Notes: generated from the letters alone by a model not told the origin. Counted from the first letter of the stretch, positions 1 through 10,360 are shown. The stretch is DNA of 64,000 bases from Pseudomonadota bacterium (GCA_021324655.1 JAJPIP010000060.1:228-64227); one strand, 5' to 3'. Numbers and translations are program-made.

Positions 1-308
1 AGGGGACGCCGATCACGGCACCCGCCGGCAATCGCCTCTCCCAGCCGATGCCGGTTGGCGGGATTCAGGTTCCCCCGGACGGACAGCCGATCGTGCTCCT
101 CGCCGGCCGCGGCACGATCGGAGGCTATCCATTGGTGGCAACCGTCATCTCGGCCGACCTACGCCTGCCGGCACAGGCTCGCCCGGGAGATGCCATTCGA
201 TTCGCCGCGGTGACAGTCGAGGAAGCGCAAGGCATTGCCCGCGCGGCGGCCGAAGACCTGGCATACGGCAAGCCGATTGCCGGGCGCCTGCGCCAGGAGG
301 GAAGATGA
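1..308 (+). CDS. pxpC: 5-oxoprolinase subunit C / allophanate hydrolase subunit 2 family (KipA/PxpC), C-terminal part; gene begins upstream of the window
   Basis: Frame is open from base 3. GGIQVPPDGQPIVLLAGRGTIGGYPLVATVISADL...GDAIRF looks like the conserved C-terminus of KipA/PxpC. The stop overlaps the next start (ATGA at 305-308). Confidence 0.75.
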   Translation, partial: GTPITAPAGNRLSQPMPVGGIQVPPDGQPIVLLAGRGTIGGYPLVATVISADLRLPAQARPGDAIRFAAVTVEEAQGIARAAAEDLAYGKPIAGRLRQEGR

Positions 309-1087
309 TCGTCGACATCAACTGCGACATGGGAGAGAGCTTCGGCGTCTACCAGATCGGCGACGACGAGGCGGTGCTGCCGAGCGTCAGCTCGATCAAC
401 GTCGCCTGCGGCTTCCACGCCGGAGACCCGCGGGTGATGGCGCGGACGGTCGGGGAGGCGGCAAAACAGGGAGTTGCGGTCGGTGCTCACCCCGGCTTTC
501 CCGATCTCGCCGGCTTCGGGCGGCGCAACCTGACCCTGACAGCGGACGAGGCCCGCAGCGACGTCCTCTACCAGATCGGCGCGCTGGACGCCTTCACCCG
601 TGCCGCCGGCATCCCCCTCCAGCACGTCAAGCCGCACGGCCAGCTCAATAACATGGCGGTGACCGACCGGACGCTGGCGGATGCCGTCATCGCCGGCATC
701 CGTGCCTTCGATCCCGCCCTCATCGTGATCTCCTACGGCGGCGAGTTGACGCGGGCCGCCGAGGAGGCAGGGCTGCCTGTCGCCCACGAGGTCTACGCCG
801 ACCGCGCCTACAACCCCGACGGTACCCTCGTCTCGCGCCGGCTCCCCGGAGCCGTCATCCATGACGAAGAAGAGGTGGTGCGGCGCGCGGTTCAGATGGT
901 GCGAACCGGCCGCGTCCGTACCATCGTCGGTGAAGAAATCACTCTCCCGGTCGACACCATCTGCGTCCACGGCGACACCCCAGGTGCGGCTCAGCTTGCC
1001 CGGGCTCTTCGTGAGGGCCTGGAGGCAGCAGGCATCATCGTTCGCCCGTTACGGGACATCGTAGCGGCACGGCACGGATACCTCTGA
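305..1087 (+). CDS. pxpA: 5-oxoprolinase subunit A (LamB/YcsF family)
   Basis: 260 aa. MIVDINCDMGESFG...INVACGFHAGDP is the LamB/YcsF signature. Translationally coupled to the upstream pxpC-like gene. Confidence 0.9.
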   Translation: MIVDINCDMGESFGVYQIGDDEAVLPSVSSINVACGFHAGDPRVMARTVGEAAKQGVAVGAHPGFPDLAGFGRRNLTLTADEARSDVLYQIGALDAFTRAAGIPLQHVKPHGQLNNMAVTDRTLADAVIAGIRAFDPALIVISYGGELTRAAEEAGLPVAHEVYADRAYNPDGTLVSRRLPGAVIHDEEEVVRRAVQMVRTGRVRTIVGEEITLPVDTICVHGDTPGAAQLARALREGLEAAGIIVRPLRDIVAARHGYL

Positions 1088-1113
1088 CGACAGTAGCTCA
1101 GTGAATTAAACTG

Positions 1114-2058
1114 CTACCTCTTGCCGCCGGAGAGCAGCCGCGCCCTATCTTGCGGCTCCTCCCAATCGAGCATCGGGCCGGCCGGCACGATGCGGGACGG
1201 ATTCAGCTGCGGGTGCGTCATGTAGTAGTGGCGCTTGATGTGGTCGAAGTTGGTCGTCTCGCCGAACGCCGGAATGCTGTACAGATCGCGGGCGTAGGCC
1301 CAGAGATTGGGATAGTCGGTGAGGCGCCGCAGGTTGCACTTGAAGTGGTAGTGGTAGACCGCGTCGAAGCGCGCCAGGGTGGGATAGAGGCGGATATCGG
1401 CCTCGGTGATCTGATCTCCCAGCAGGTAGCGGCGGGTGGCCAGGTGTTCTTCCAGCGCGTCGAGACGGGCAAAGAGGCGGCCCACGGCATACTCATACGC
1501 CTCCTGACTCTGAGCGAAACCGGCGCGGTAGACACCGTCGTTGACGTCCTCATAGATCTCCTCGATGAGGCGATCAATCGCCGGACGCAGCGGCTCCGGG
1601 TAGAGATCGGGCGCGCCGGGCCGCTGAAACGCTTTGAACTGCGTCTCCAGGTCAATCGTGATGTCGGGAAAGTTGTTGCTGACAATCCGGCCCGTCTTCA
1701 TGTCCCACAGTGTCGGCACCGTGTAGCGGGCGTCGTAGCTCGGATCGCTCCGCCGGTAGGCTTCGGAAAGGAACCGGAAGCCGTTGATCGGATCGGGGAA
1801 CTCATCGCTGAACTCCCAGCCGCGCTCGTCACGAACGGGATCCACCACCGAGAGGGAGACCACATTCTCCAGCCCGAGAAGTTGCCGCACGATGACGGCG
1901 CGATGCGCCCAGGGACAAGCGAGCGAGACGTACAGATGGTACCGTCCCGCCTCGGCGGGAAAGCCGGACGACCCATCGGCGGTGATGCGGTCGCGAAACG
2001 TGTACTGTTGACGAACGAATGCCCCGTCGAGGCTGACCTCTCCTTGCCTGGTGGTCAT
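1114..2058 (-). CDS. Xi-class glutathione S-transferase / glutathionyl-hydroquinone reductase (YqjG/ECM4-like)
   Basis: CPWAHR active-site motif and DPVRDERGWEF block. I moved the start to ATG 2058 (GGAGGG 6 nt upstream) instead of the ORF-track start at 2100. Confidence 0.85.
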   Translation of the reverse strand: MTTRQGEVSLDGAFVRQQYTFRDRITADGSSGFPAEAGRYHLYVSLACPWAHRAVIVRQLLGLENVVSLSVVDPVRDERGWEFSDEFPDPINGFRFLSEAYRRSDPSYDARYTVPTLWDMKTGRIVSNNFPDITIDLETQFKAFQRPGAPDLYPEPLRPAIDRLIEEIYEDVNDGVYRAGFAQSQEAYEYAVGRLFARLDALEEHLATRRYLLGDQITEADIRLYPTLARFDAVYHYHFKCNLRRLTDYPNLWAYARDLYSIPAFGETTNFDHIKRHYYMTHPQLNPSRIVPAGPMLDWEEPQDRARLLSGGKR

Positions 2059-2158
2059 GGCATACCCTCCGTCCCATCCCTCGCTACTCTCTGCACGCAT
2101 TATCGCCTTCGTAGCGACGACACTAGACCATACGTTCTAATACGGCTACCATAGACGT

Positions 2159-3058
2159 ATGGCGCGGTTCACCGTCCGCGAGATTCCCTGCAAGACGCTC
2201 ATCAATCGTGTTCAGGGCATGCCGTTCAACTGGAGCATCAATCCCTATCGCGGGTGCCGCCACGCCTGCGTCTACTGCTATGCACGCCCCACGCACCAGT
2301 ACCTGGGCCTGGACGGCGGTGAAGCGTTTGAGGAGATCATCATCGCCAAGATCAACGCGCCGGACGCGGCGCGGCGGGAGCTGGGAAAACGCTCGTGGCG
2401 GCGCGAGAACGTCGTGATCGGCACGGCGACCGACCCGTACCAGCAAGCCGAGTCCCGCTACCGCCTCACCCGCGGCATCCTGGAAGCCTTTCGCGACTTC
2501 CGCAATCCGGTCTCGATCACGACCAAGTCTCCCATGATCCTGCGGGACCTTGATCTGCTGGCCGACCTCGCTCGGGACGTGCCGGTGACGGTTCACTTCA
2601 CGGTGACGACACTGGACGAGCGGCTCTGGCGCGAGATCGAGCCCACGACCGCCAGGCCGCGCAAGCGGCTCGAGGCACTGCGGACGCTTCGTGCCCATGG
2701 CATTCGGGCCGGCATCTTTCTCAGCCCGGTTCTACCCGGCCTCACCGACGACGCGGGACATCTCGAGACCGTGGTCGCCGCCGCAGCCGAGTATGGCGCC
2801 GACTTCGTCTTCTCGCAGGCTCTCCGTCTCGGTCCAGGTATTAGCGAGTACTATCTCCCGTGGCTGGAAAGCGCTCACCCGGAGTTAGCCGCACGCTACC
2901 GCCGACTCTACCGGCATTCCTCCCCGCCGAGCGCCTACAGCGAGGGCATCTCGGCACTGGTGCGCGATCTGAAGCAGCGCTACCGTCTCCCGGATCGTCC
3001 CTCGGCGAAAGGGCCGGCTCAGGAACCGCCGGCCCGCCAATTGCGCTTACTGGGGTAG
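2159..3058 (+). CDS. Radical SAM protein (SplB-like / Rv2578c-type family)
   Basis: CRHACVYC (CxxxCxxC) cluster motif about 35 aa from the N-terminus; 299 aa. Confidence 0.8.
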   Translation: MARFTVREIPCKTLINRVQGMPFNWSINPYRGCRHACVYCYARPTHQYLGLDGGEAFEEIIIAKINAPDAARRELGKRSWRRENVVIGTATDPYQQAESRYRLTRGILEAFRDFRNPVSITTKSPMILRDLDLLADLARDVPVTVHFTVTTLDERLWREIEPTTARPRKRLEALRTLRAHGIRAGIFLSPVLPGLTDDAGHLETVVAAAAEYGADFVFSQALRLGPGISEYYLPWLESAHPELAARYRRLYRHSSPPSAYSEGISALVRDLKQRYRLPDRPSAKGPAQEPPARQLRLLG

Positions 3059-3071
3059 GCACGTCGGGAGA

Positions 3072-3857
3072 TCAACCAGCCAATCCCCCGCCATCCACAA
3101 CCAACGTCGTGCCGGTGACGAAGCGAGCGGCATCGCCGGCCAGGAACAACGCGGCGTCGGCGATATCCTCCGGCCGGCCGATCCTTCCCAGCGGCCGCTC
3201 AGCCGCCTCGGCCAGGAAGCGCTCGGGTGATTCCCCGAGTTGTTCCGCCTCCTTCATCAGCATGCCGGTGGCGGTGTCACCGGGACAGAGACAGTTGACG
3301 CGCACACCGGACGGCCCATGATCGAGCGCCATGGCACGGGTGAGTTGCACGATCGCCCCTTTCGAGGCGCAGTAGGCAGCAGCATCGCGGCCACCTACCA
3401 GCCCCCAACCACTCCCCATGTTGATGATCACCCCGCCGCCCCGCTCGATCATCCCGGGAAGCACCGCCTTGGAGAGCAGGAAGGCGGACTTCACGTTGAC
3501 CGCCATCACGCGATCCCAATCCTCTTCGCTCGTCTCCAGGACGCTCGTCCGCCGGATGATGCCGGCGTTGTTGACGAGGATGGTGATCGGGCCAAGCTCC
3601 ACTTGCGCCATGGTGACCGCGCGCCGGCAATCGGCGGCATTGCACGCGTCGCCGAGCGCGAAGACGGCGCGTCCGCCACGCGTGACGATACTCTCGGCCA
3701 CATCCGATCCTTCCGCCGCGAGATCAAGGATGACGACGGCCGCCCCTTCCCGCGCGAAGCGCTCGGCAATGGCGCGGCCAATCCCGGACGCGCCGCCGCT
3801 AATCAGCGCTATCTCCCCGGACAGCGTGCTGGCCGCCTCTCGTCCTCTGTCCCTCAT
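3072..3857 (-). CDS. SDR-family oxidoreductase
   Basis: GGASGIGRAIA cofactor motif and YCASK (YxxxK) catalytic motif. The start overlaps the xylulokinase stop (ATGA on the minus strand). Confidence 0.85.
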   Translation of the reverse strand: MRDRGREAASTLSGEIALISGGASGIGRAIAERFAREGAAVVILDLAAEGSDVAESIVTRGGRAVFALGDACNAADCRRAVTMAQVELGPITILVNNAGIIRRTSVLETSEEDWDRVMAVNVKSAFLLSKAVLPGMIERGGGVIINMGSGWGLVGGRDAAAYCASKGAIVQLTRAMALDHGPSGVRVNCLCPGDTATGMLMKEAEQLGESPERFLAEAAERPLGRIGRPEDIADAALFLAGDAARFVTGTTLVVDGGGLAG

Positions 3858-5362
3858 GCTCTCGCGACCGACTGTTTGCTCTCGGCCGCCTCCAGGCCGG
3901 CAAGTTCTTCGAACTTCGGGCGTAGCGCCGGGTACAGCCGATCGAACATGGCATGGTACCGGCGGTACACATCAATCGTCTCCGGATTAGGACGCGTCTC
4001 TTCGGCGGTTCGGACGAGGCGGACCGCCTCCTCGATCGATCCGAAGACCCCTGCTCCAATACCGGCCAGAAAAGCCGCGCCGAGTGCCGGTCCGGCGGAG
4101 ACGCGCGCCATCGGCGCCCCGAGAATATCGGCGGCGAGCTGCTGCCAGAACGCGTGGCGCGCCCCACCCCCCGTGAGGCGGATGGAGGGGAGCCTCAATC
4201 CGAGGTCACGCATAATTGTCGCCGCGTCGGCCAGCGCAAACGTGATGCCCTCGAGCACGGCCCGTGTCAGATGGGCGCGCGTGTGGTGAAGAGAGAGGCC
4301 GAAGAAGACACCGCGCGCGTCGGGATCGGCGTGCGGCGTCCGCTCCCCACTGAGATACGGCAGGAAGAGCAGTCCCTCGGCGCCGGCGGGCATGAGCGCT
4401 GCGTGGTCGAGGAGCGACGCGTAGGGTTCGTCGCCGGCCATCGTGTCGCGATACCAGCTCAGGGATGCGCCGGCCGACAGGACGACGCCCATCAGGTACC
4501 AGGTGGCAGGAACGGCATGGCAGAAAGTGTGGAGGCGGAGATCGGGATCCTGCCGTGGATCGGCGGTGGGCGCCAGGAGGGTGCCGGACGTCCCGAGGCT
4601 GAGCAGCGCTTGCCCATCGGCGACGACCCCGCCGGCGAGTGCGGCACAGGCGTTGTCCGCTCCACCGGCGGCGACCGGGATGCCGGAGGGCAGACCGAGT
4701 TCGGCAGCAGCCTCAGCTGCCAGGTGCCCGATGATCTCGGACGACTCACGGACCGGTGGCAAGATCCCCTCCGGCAAGCCAAGCGCCACCGGCATCTCGG
4801 CCGACCAGCGGCGGTGGGCGACATCGAAGAGAAGCGTCCCCGACGCATCGGAAGGGTCGGTGGCGCGGATGCCGGTCAGCCGGAAGTTGATATAGTCCTT
4901 GGGCAGCAGCACGGTCGCGATGCGGCGAAACACCTCGAGCTCGTGCTCGCGGACCCAGAGCAGCTTCGGGGCGGTGAAGCCGGCGAGCGCCGGATTGGCG
5001 ACCCAGCGTCGCAAATTGGCAAGTCCGACACGGGCCGTGATCTCGGCACTCTGCGGGGCGCTCCGTTGATCGTTCCAGAGGATGCACGGACGCAGGACAG
5101 CGCCGTCTGCATCCAGGAGTGTCGCGCCATGCATCTGGCCGGAGAGGGCGATGCCGTCAATCGCGTCGGATCGCCGGCCGGCTAGCCCGCGTACCGCCGT
5201 CACCACGCCCTGCCACCAATCGGACGGCTCCTGCTCCGACCATCCGGGACGTGGCACGTGCAAGGGGAGCGCGGCATCATGCTCGGCCAGAACCGTGCCG
5301 TCGGGATCGAGGAGGAGCGCTTTGACGCCGGAGGTGCCGAGATCGATGCCGAGGAGGGCCAT
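3854..5362 (-). CDS. xylB: Xylulokinase (FGGY carbohydrate kinase family)
   Basis: 502 aa. MALLGIDLGTSGVKALL N-terminal ATPase motif and FGGY-like architecture throughout. The start overlaps the stop of the upstream isomerase-like gene (TAATG). Confidence 0.8.
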   Translation of the reverse strand: MALLGIDLGTSGVKALLLDPDGTVLAEHDAALPLHVPRPGWSEQEPSDWWQGVVTAVRGLAGRRSDAIDGIALSGQMHGATLLDADGAVLRPCILWNDQRSAPQSAEITARVGLANLRRWVANPALAGFTAPKLLWVREHELEVFRRIATVLLPKDYINFRLTGIRATDPSDASGTLLFDVAHRRWSAEMPVALGLPEGILPPVRESSEIIGHLAAEAAAELGLPSGIPVAAGGADNACAALAGGVVADGQALLSLGTSGTLLAPTADPRQDPDLRLHTFCHAVPATWYLMGVVLSAGASLSWYRDTMAGDEPYASLLDHAALMPAGAEGLLFLPYLSGERTPHADPDARGVFFGLSLHHTRAHLTRAVLEGITFALADAATIMRDLGLRLPSIRLTGGGARHAFWQQLAADILGAPMARVSAGPALGAAFLAGIGAGVFGSIEEAVRLVRTAEETRPNPETIDVYRRYHAMFDRLYPALRPKFEELAGLEAAESKQSVARA

Positions 5363-6405
5363 TAGCGCGTTGCCCGGCGCACCATCTCCGGATCCATGCC
5401 GAGCGCGCGATAGACCACGCGGTACGCCGCCAGCGCATCCTTCTGCGCCTGGGCGTCGCGCAGTGTCGCCTCGTCCAGCTTTTCCGCCACCCCGTCAATA
5501 AATTCCCACTGCAGCAGACTCTGTCGCGCCGCCCCGATCTGATCTTCGGTGTATGGGTACAGGTCCATCCCCAGCCACTCGCCCTTCTCGCCATAGCCGA
5601 CCTTGCGCAGGGCGCGCGCCATCTCCAGCGTCTCCATGAAGCGGGTGGCGCCGACGATGTTGTCGTCGTCGAACTGCCCCCAGCCGGAGTTGGCGTGCTG
5701 GTGGCCGAGGAGCCCCTGCATGGCGAGCAGCTCGGCATACTCGGCGAGGTTCTCGCCGTTCATGATGAGGTGTTGCCAGTCCATGTTCACGGCAACGTTG
5801 GAGACGTCGAGGCCGCGCGCCCCCAGCGCATGGATGGTGAAGAGCGTCATGCCGATATCGCGCATGTAGATCTTCATCTGCGGCTCGCTGTTCTTGTGCT
5901 CGAGAAAGATCGCCACGCCCTTCTCGCGCGCATGGGAGACGGCGTCGCCAATGCCGTCGAGGAACAATTGCCACTGCGTGGTGTAATCGGCCTGGAACGG
6001 ATAGTTGTAACCCTCGATGCCGGGCCAGATGATGAGCCTGGCACCAAGCTGAGCAGCGAGATCGATAGCCCGGCGATTCATCGCCCTGGCTTCATCCCGA
6101 ATCGCCGCGTCCGGACTCGTCAGCGCCCCACGGCCGTGCTTGGGGAAAGTATGCGAGCCGGTGGCGATGGCGTAGACGCGCATCGGCTTGATGGCGTCCA
6201 CGATCTGCTGGGCGTTGTTCTCGTCGATCTCCCCCGGGTAATGGAACTCCAGGCCATCATAGAGATCGGACAGTCCGTCGGCCGCCCGCTTCGCCCTATT
6301 GAGAGGCGACTCCGCCGCGACCTGCGGGTGATATCCGGCCAGCAAGAATCGCGTCCCCAGCGTCCCAAAGGCCCAGATCCCGATACTGCTCTTCAACCGC
6401 CCCAT
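5362..6405 (-). CDS. Xylose-isomerase-like TIM-barrel protein (putative sugar isomerase)
   Basis: Blocks LEHKNSEP, HQHANSGWG and MDLYPYTED resemble class-I XylA FEPKPNEP / HIDLNGQ / FDFKP. The start was trimmed to ATG 6405 (GGAGGGAG upstream), because the 5' 72 codons of the track ORF run into the next gene. Confidence 0.75.
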   Translation of the reverse strand: MGRLKSSIGIWAFGTLGTRFLLAGYHPQVAAESPLNRAKRAADGLSDLYDGLEFHYPGEIDENNAQQIVDAIKPMRVYAIATGSHTFPKHGRGALTSPDAAIRDEARAMNRRAIDLAAQLGARLIIWPGIEGYNYPFQADYTTQWQLFLDGIGDAVSHAREKGVAIFLEHKNSEPQMKIYMRDIGMTLFTIHALGARGLDVSNVAVNMDWQHLIMNGENLAEYAELLAMQGLLGHQHANSGWGQFDDDNIVGATRFMETLEMARALRKVGYGEKGEWLGMDLYPYTEDQIGAARQSLLQWEFIDGVAEKLDEATLRDAQAQKDALAAYRVVYRALGMDPEMVRRATR

Positions 6406-6461
6406 GCTCTCCCTCCACGCCGTTTGGCCCCAGAATATCGCCCGACTGAATGCAATGCGTG

Positions 6462-7043
6462 CTAGCGCCAGTCGATGAATGGCGCCGGCGAGATGCGCTC
6501 GCGCGGAAGGATCGGGACATCCGGATAGCCGACATACACAAAGGCGACGATATGCGCGTCCGATGGTAGACCGAGATGGCGCTTCACCGCTGCGCTGTAG
6601 GCCGGCTTGCCGGTCCGCCACATAGCACCCAGTCCCAGCGCCTGGGCCGCCAGCAGCATGTTCTCGACACCCGCCGCGGCTGCTTCGATCTCCTCGATCT
6701 CGATCGCCTTGGGATGGGGCTGCGGCACCGCCGCCGCCACAATGATCACCGGTGCCCGCAGGGGCTTCGTCCGCTGCTTGGCCAGGATCGCCCGGCCCTC
6801 CTCGCTCTCCGGATCCCGCAGCGTGCGCGCTGCCTCGGTCGCCATCACCTCACCCAGCGCCTCCCGCGCCTCGCCGGTCAGAACCACAAAGCGCCAGGGA
6901 CTGGTCCGGTGATGATTGGGCGCCCAGGTCGCCGCTTCGATGATCTGCTCGATCATCTCCCGCGGCGGCGTTTCTTCGCGCACCTTCGGCACAGAGCGCC
7001 GCGTCCGCAGCGCCTCCAGCACAGCGTTTTCAGTCCCAATCAC
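6462..7043 (-). CDS. Nitroreductase family protein
   Basis: 193 aa. RRSVPKV...WAPNHHRTSPWRFVVL is typical of NAD(P)H-flavin nitroreductase folds. Confidence 0.8.
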   Translation of the reverse strand: MIGTENAVLEALRTRRSVPKVREETPPREMIEQIIEAATWAPNHHRTSPWRFVVLTGEAREALGEVMATEAARTLRDPESEEGRAILAKQRTKPLRAPVIIVAAAVPQPHPKAIEIEEIEAAAAGVENMLLAAQALGLGAMWRTGKPAYSAAVKRHLGLPSDAHIVAFVYVGYPDVPILPRERISPAPFIDWR

Positions 7044-7236
7044 CCTTCACCATACCCCGCCGACACTGCCTTGATCCTACCGGTCGCGACATCCCTGGGT
7101 ATGAGCTCGCTTCATGGAACCTTCAATCATATTGACACGCGTAGTTTCGCAACGCATACTCGCTGCTAGGGAGATCCGCCGCCGTTCGCCGGGCAGCGTG
7201 ATGGCGAGCGGCGGCATCAGCGCGAGGAGGGGCGTC

Positions 7237-7698
7237 ATGACGGTGACGGGCAATAAGAAGTTGGTACGTGATTTCACCCGAGAGGTCCTCGACAAGGGGC
7301 ACCTCGATGCAGCCGACCACTACCTCGCGCCGGACTTTTTCAACCACGTGACGGGCGAGACGGGGATCGAGGCCTTCAAGGACGTCATCCGCTTCGTCCG
7401 CACATTTCTCAATATGCCGAGCATCGTGGACGACATCATTGCCGAGGGAGACAAGGTCGCGCTCTTCCTCACGGCACGGGGCCTCCACAGCGAGCCTATC
7501 GTGCTGCAGGGCACCTGCTATACCCCGACGGGCAAACCGTTCGCGAGCAAACAGGTCCACCTCTTCCGTGCGCGGGATGGCTTGCTCACCGAGCACTGGT
7601 CGGTGCGCAACGACCTCACCATGCTCCTACCGCTCGGCATTGTCCAGTACACGACGCCGGCCGGCGCCGCCGAACGCGAGACAGTCCTCCAGAGGTGA
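7237..7698 (+). CDS. SnoaL-like ester cyclase family protein
   Basis: MTVTGNKKLVRDFTREVLDKGHLDAADHYLAPDFFNH is typical of COG5485 / SnoaL-like proteins. ATG 7237 is preceded by GAGGAGGGG. Confidence 0.7.
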   Translation: MTVTGNKKLVRDFTREVLDKGHLDAADHYLAPDFFNHVTGETGIEAFKDVIRFVRTFLNMPSIVDDIIAEGDKVALFLTARGLHSEPIVLQGTCYTPTGKPFASKQVHLFRARDGLLTEHWSVRNDLTMLLPLGIVQYTTPAGAAERETVLQR

Positions 7699-7721
7699 AT
7701 CGGCCGCCCGGATAACGGGTC

Positions 7722-7814
7722 TCAGGATCTGCCGGTCGTGACAATCATCGCCATGAACACCACGGCGACGAGTGCCACGATCAGAATGCCAAGCTCGCCA
7801 GGGGTCAAAGCCAT
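7722..7814 (-). CDS. Small hydrophobic peptide, 30 aa, single predicted TM helix (hypothetical)
   Basis: Not in the ORF track (under 60 aa). AGGAGGTG lies 7 nt upstream of the ATG. Translation: MALTPGELGILIVALVAVVFMAMIVTTGRS. Same strand as the Gfo/Idh/MocA gene and about 97 nt downstream of it. Confidence 0.35.
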   Translation of the reverse strand: MALTPGELGILIVALVAVVFMAMIVTTGRS

Positions 7815-7911
7815 GGGGCAACACCTCCTGTTGCTGCCCCATGATATGACTTCCATTACCAGAGTCAAGCAGGTCTTTGTCCCCTCCCCCGCGGGAGGCC
7901 AATGCCAGGCG

Positions 7912-9108
7912 TTACCGATACGTCACATCGACGCGGCGGCCCGTGCGGTTGGACTCGAGGATGGCATCGGCCACCACGCCGGCCCGATAGCCGTCCATGA
8001 AGTCGGCGCCGTGCGGCGTGACGGTCGTCCCATCCACGATGGCCTGCAAGAAGTGACGGATCTCATGCACGAAGGTGTGCTCCCAGCCGATGATGTGCCC
8101 CTGCGGCCACCAGGCAGCGTAGTACGGGTGATAGCTCTCCGTTACCAGCACCTGCCGGAAACCCTGGGCGTCGCGCGGCTCCTCTTCCTCGGGAAGATAC
8201 ACCTCCAGCTCGTTGAGCCGTTCCAGGTTGAAGACCAGTGATCCCTTCTCTCCGTTGATCTCCACCACCTGATGATTCTTGCGGCCCTGGGCGAAGCGCG
8301 ACGCTTCCAGGGTACCCATGGCGCCGTTCTGGAAGGAGATAAGGGCGGCAAAGGCATCGTCGACGGTCACCTGCGCCGTGCTGCCCTCCGGTGTGCGCCG
8401 CTCTGGGATGAAGGTCCTGGCGAGTCCCTGCACGCTCTCCGGCTCACCGACCAGATAGCGGGCGAGGTCGATGATGTGGGTGCCGAGATCACCCAGCACG
8501 CCCGATCCGGCCTCGGCCGCATCGAGACGCCAGACCATCTCGAACTCCGGACTGATGATCCATTCCTGAAGGTAGCGGGCGCGGAAATGATAGATCCGTC
8601 CCAAGCGTCCGGCCGCGATGATATCGTGCATGAGGCGGACCGCCGGCACGAAGCGGTAGTTGAAGGCCGTCATGTTCACCACGCCGGCCTTCTGCACCGC
8701 CTCCACCATGCGCCACGCCTCCTCGGCGTCGCGTGCCAGCGGCTTCTCGCAGATGATGTGCTTGCCGGCCTCCGCTGCCGCGATGCACGGCTCGGCGTGC
8801 AGGTTGTTGGGTGCGGAGTTGTCGAAGATCTGGATGTCGGGCGATGCGACCAGATCATGCCAATTGGTGACGGCTCGAGCGTAGCCGTAGCGCCGTGCCG
8901 CCGCCTCAACTTTGTCCCGGGAGCGGCCGCCCAGAATCTCGAGACGGGTTCGGGCCGGCGGGGGTGTGTCGATGTAGTCCAGCGTCTTGTAAGCGTTGGT
9001 GTGCGCCTTCCCCATGAAGGCATACCCGAGCATGCCGACACCGAAGGTCGGGACCTCCCGCTCTTCGCCCATCTCGCCCATGGTCACGAATCCGACTTTC
9101 TCTGTCAT
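7912..9108 (-). CDS. Gfo/Idh/MocA family oxidoreductase
   Basis: N-terminal Rossmann segment FGVGMLGYAFMGKAH and the ICEKPLA motif. I prefer ATG 9108 (GGAGAGAGGG upstream) to the GTG at 9144. Confidence 0.85.
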   Translation of the reverse strand: MTEKVGFVTMGEMGEEREVPTFGVGMLGYAFMGKAHTNAYKTLDYIDTPPPARTRLEILGGRSRDKVEAAARRYGYARAVTNWHDLVASPDIQIFDNSAPNNLHAEPCIAAAEAGKHIICEKPLARDAEEAWRMVEAVQKAGVVNMTAFNYRFVPAVRLMHDIIAAGRLGRIYHFRARYLQEWIISPEFEMVWRLDAAEAGSGVLGDLGTHIIDLARYLVGEPESVQGLARTFIPERRTPEGSTAQVTVDDAFAALISFQNGAMGTLEASRFAQGRKNHQVVEINGEKGSLVFNLERLNELEVYLPEEEEPRDAQGFRQVLVTESYHPYYAAWWPQGHIIGWEHTFVHEIRHFLQAIVDGTTVTPHGADFMDGYRAGVVADAILESNRTGRRVDVTYR

Positions 9109-9134
9109 CCCTCTCTCCTCCAATGTCCGTTGCG

Positions 9135-9341
9135 TGGCCCTCACTGCCGGATGGCCCTCACCCCCTAACCCCCTCTCCCACTGCGGTGGGCGAGGGGGAA
9201 GTAGGAGGGGAAGGTCGCGCTGTCCTCATACGCGACGGCGACCGAGACCGGGATATCTCCAGCCCACCCCGCACCATATCTCCCCTCTCCCATCGCAATG
9301 GGAGAGGGGCCGGGGGTGAGGGCCACTCCGCCGTGAGGGCC
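9135..9341. repeat. REP/MITE-like element: two inverted copies of a ~45-bp hairpin-forming unit
   Basis: Left unit at 9152-9198: GGCCCTCACCCCC..CCCTCTCCCActgcggTGGGCGAGGGGG. Right unit at 9282-9324: CCCCTCTCCCATcgcaATGGGAGAGGGGccGGGGGTGAGGGCC, which is the reverse complement of the same motif. The outer TGGCCCTCAC (9135-9144) pairs with GTGAGGGCCA (9332-9341). Lies between two same-strand genes. Confidence 0.7.
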
Positions 9342-9358
9342 ATGCCGCCGTCTGAAAC

Positions 9359-10360
<1,002 letters not shown>

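Noticed and set aside
5362-6621. N-terminal 72-codon extension of the XI-like ORF. Similar 5' extensions occur on the ORFs at 14255-15253, 36861-37838, 38385-39185, 58618-59214, 59939-60451 and 61449-61796
   Set aside because: The extensions overlap neighbouring genes or lack coding character. Internal starts have SD sequences or stop/start overlaps and coincide with the onset of family homology.
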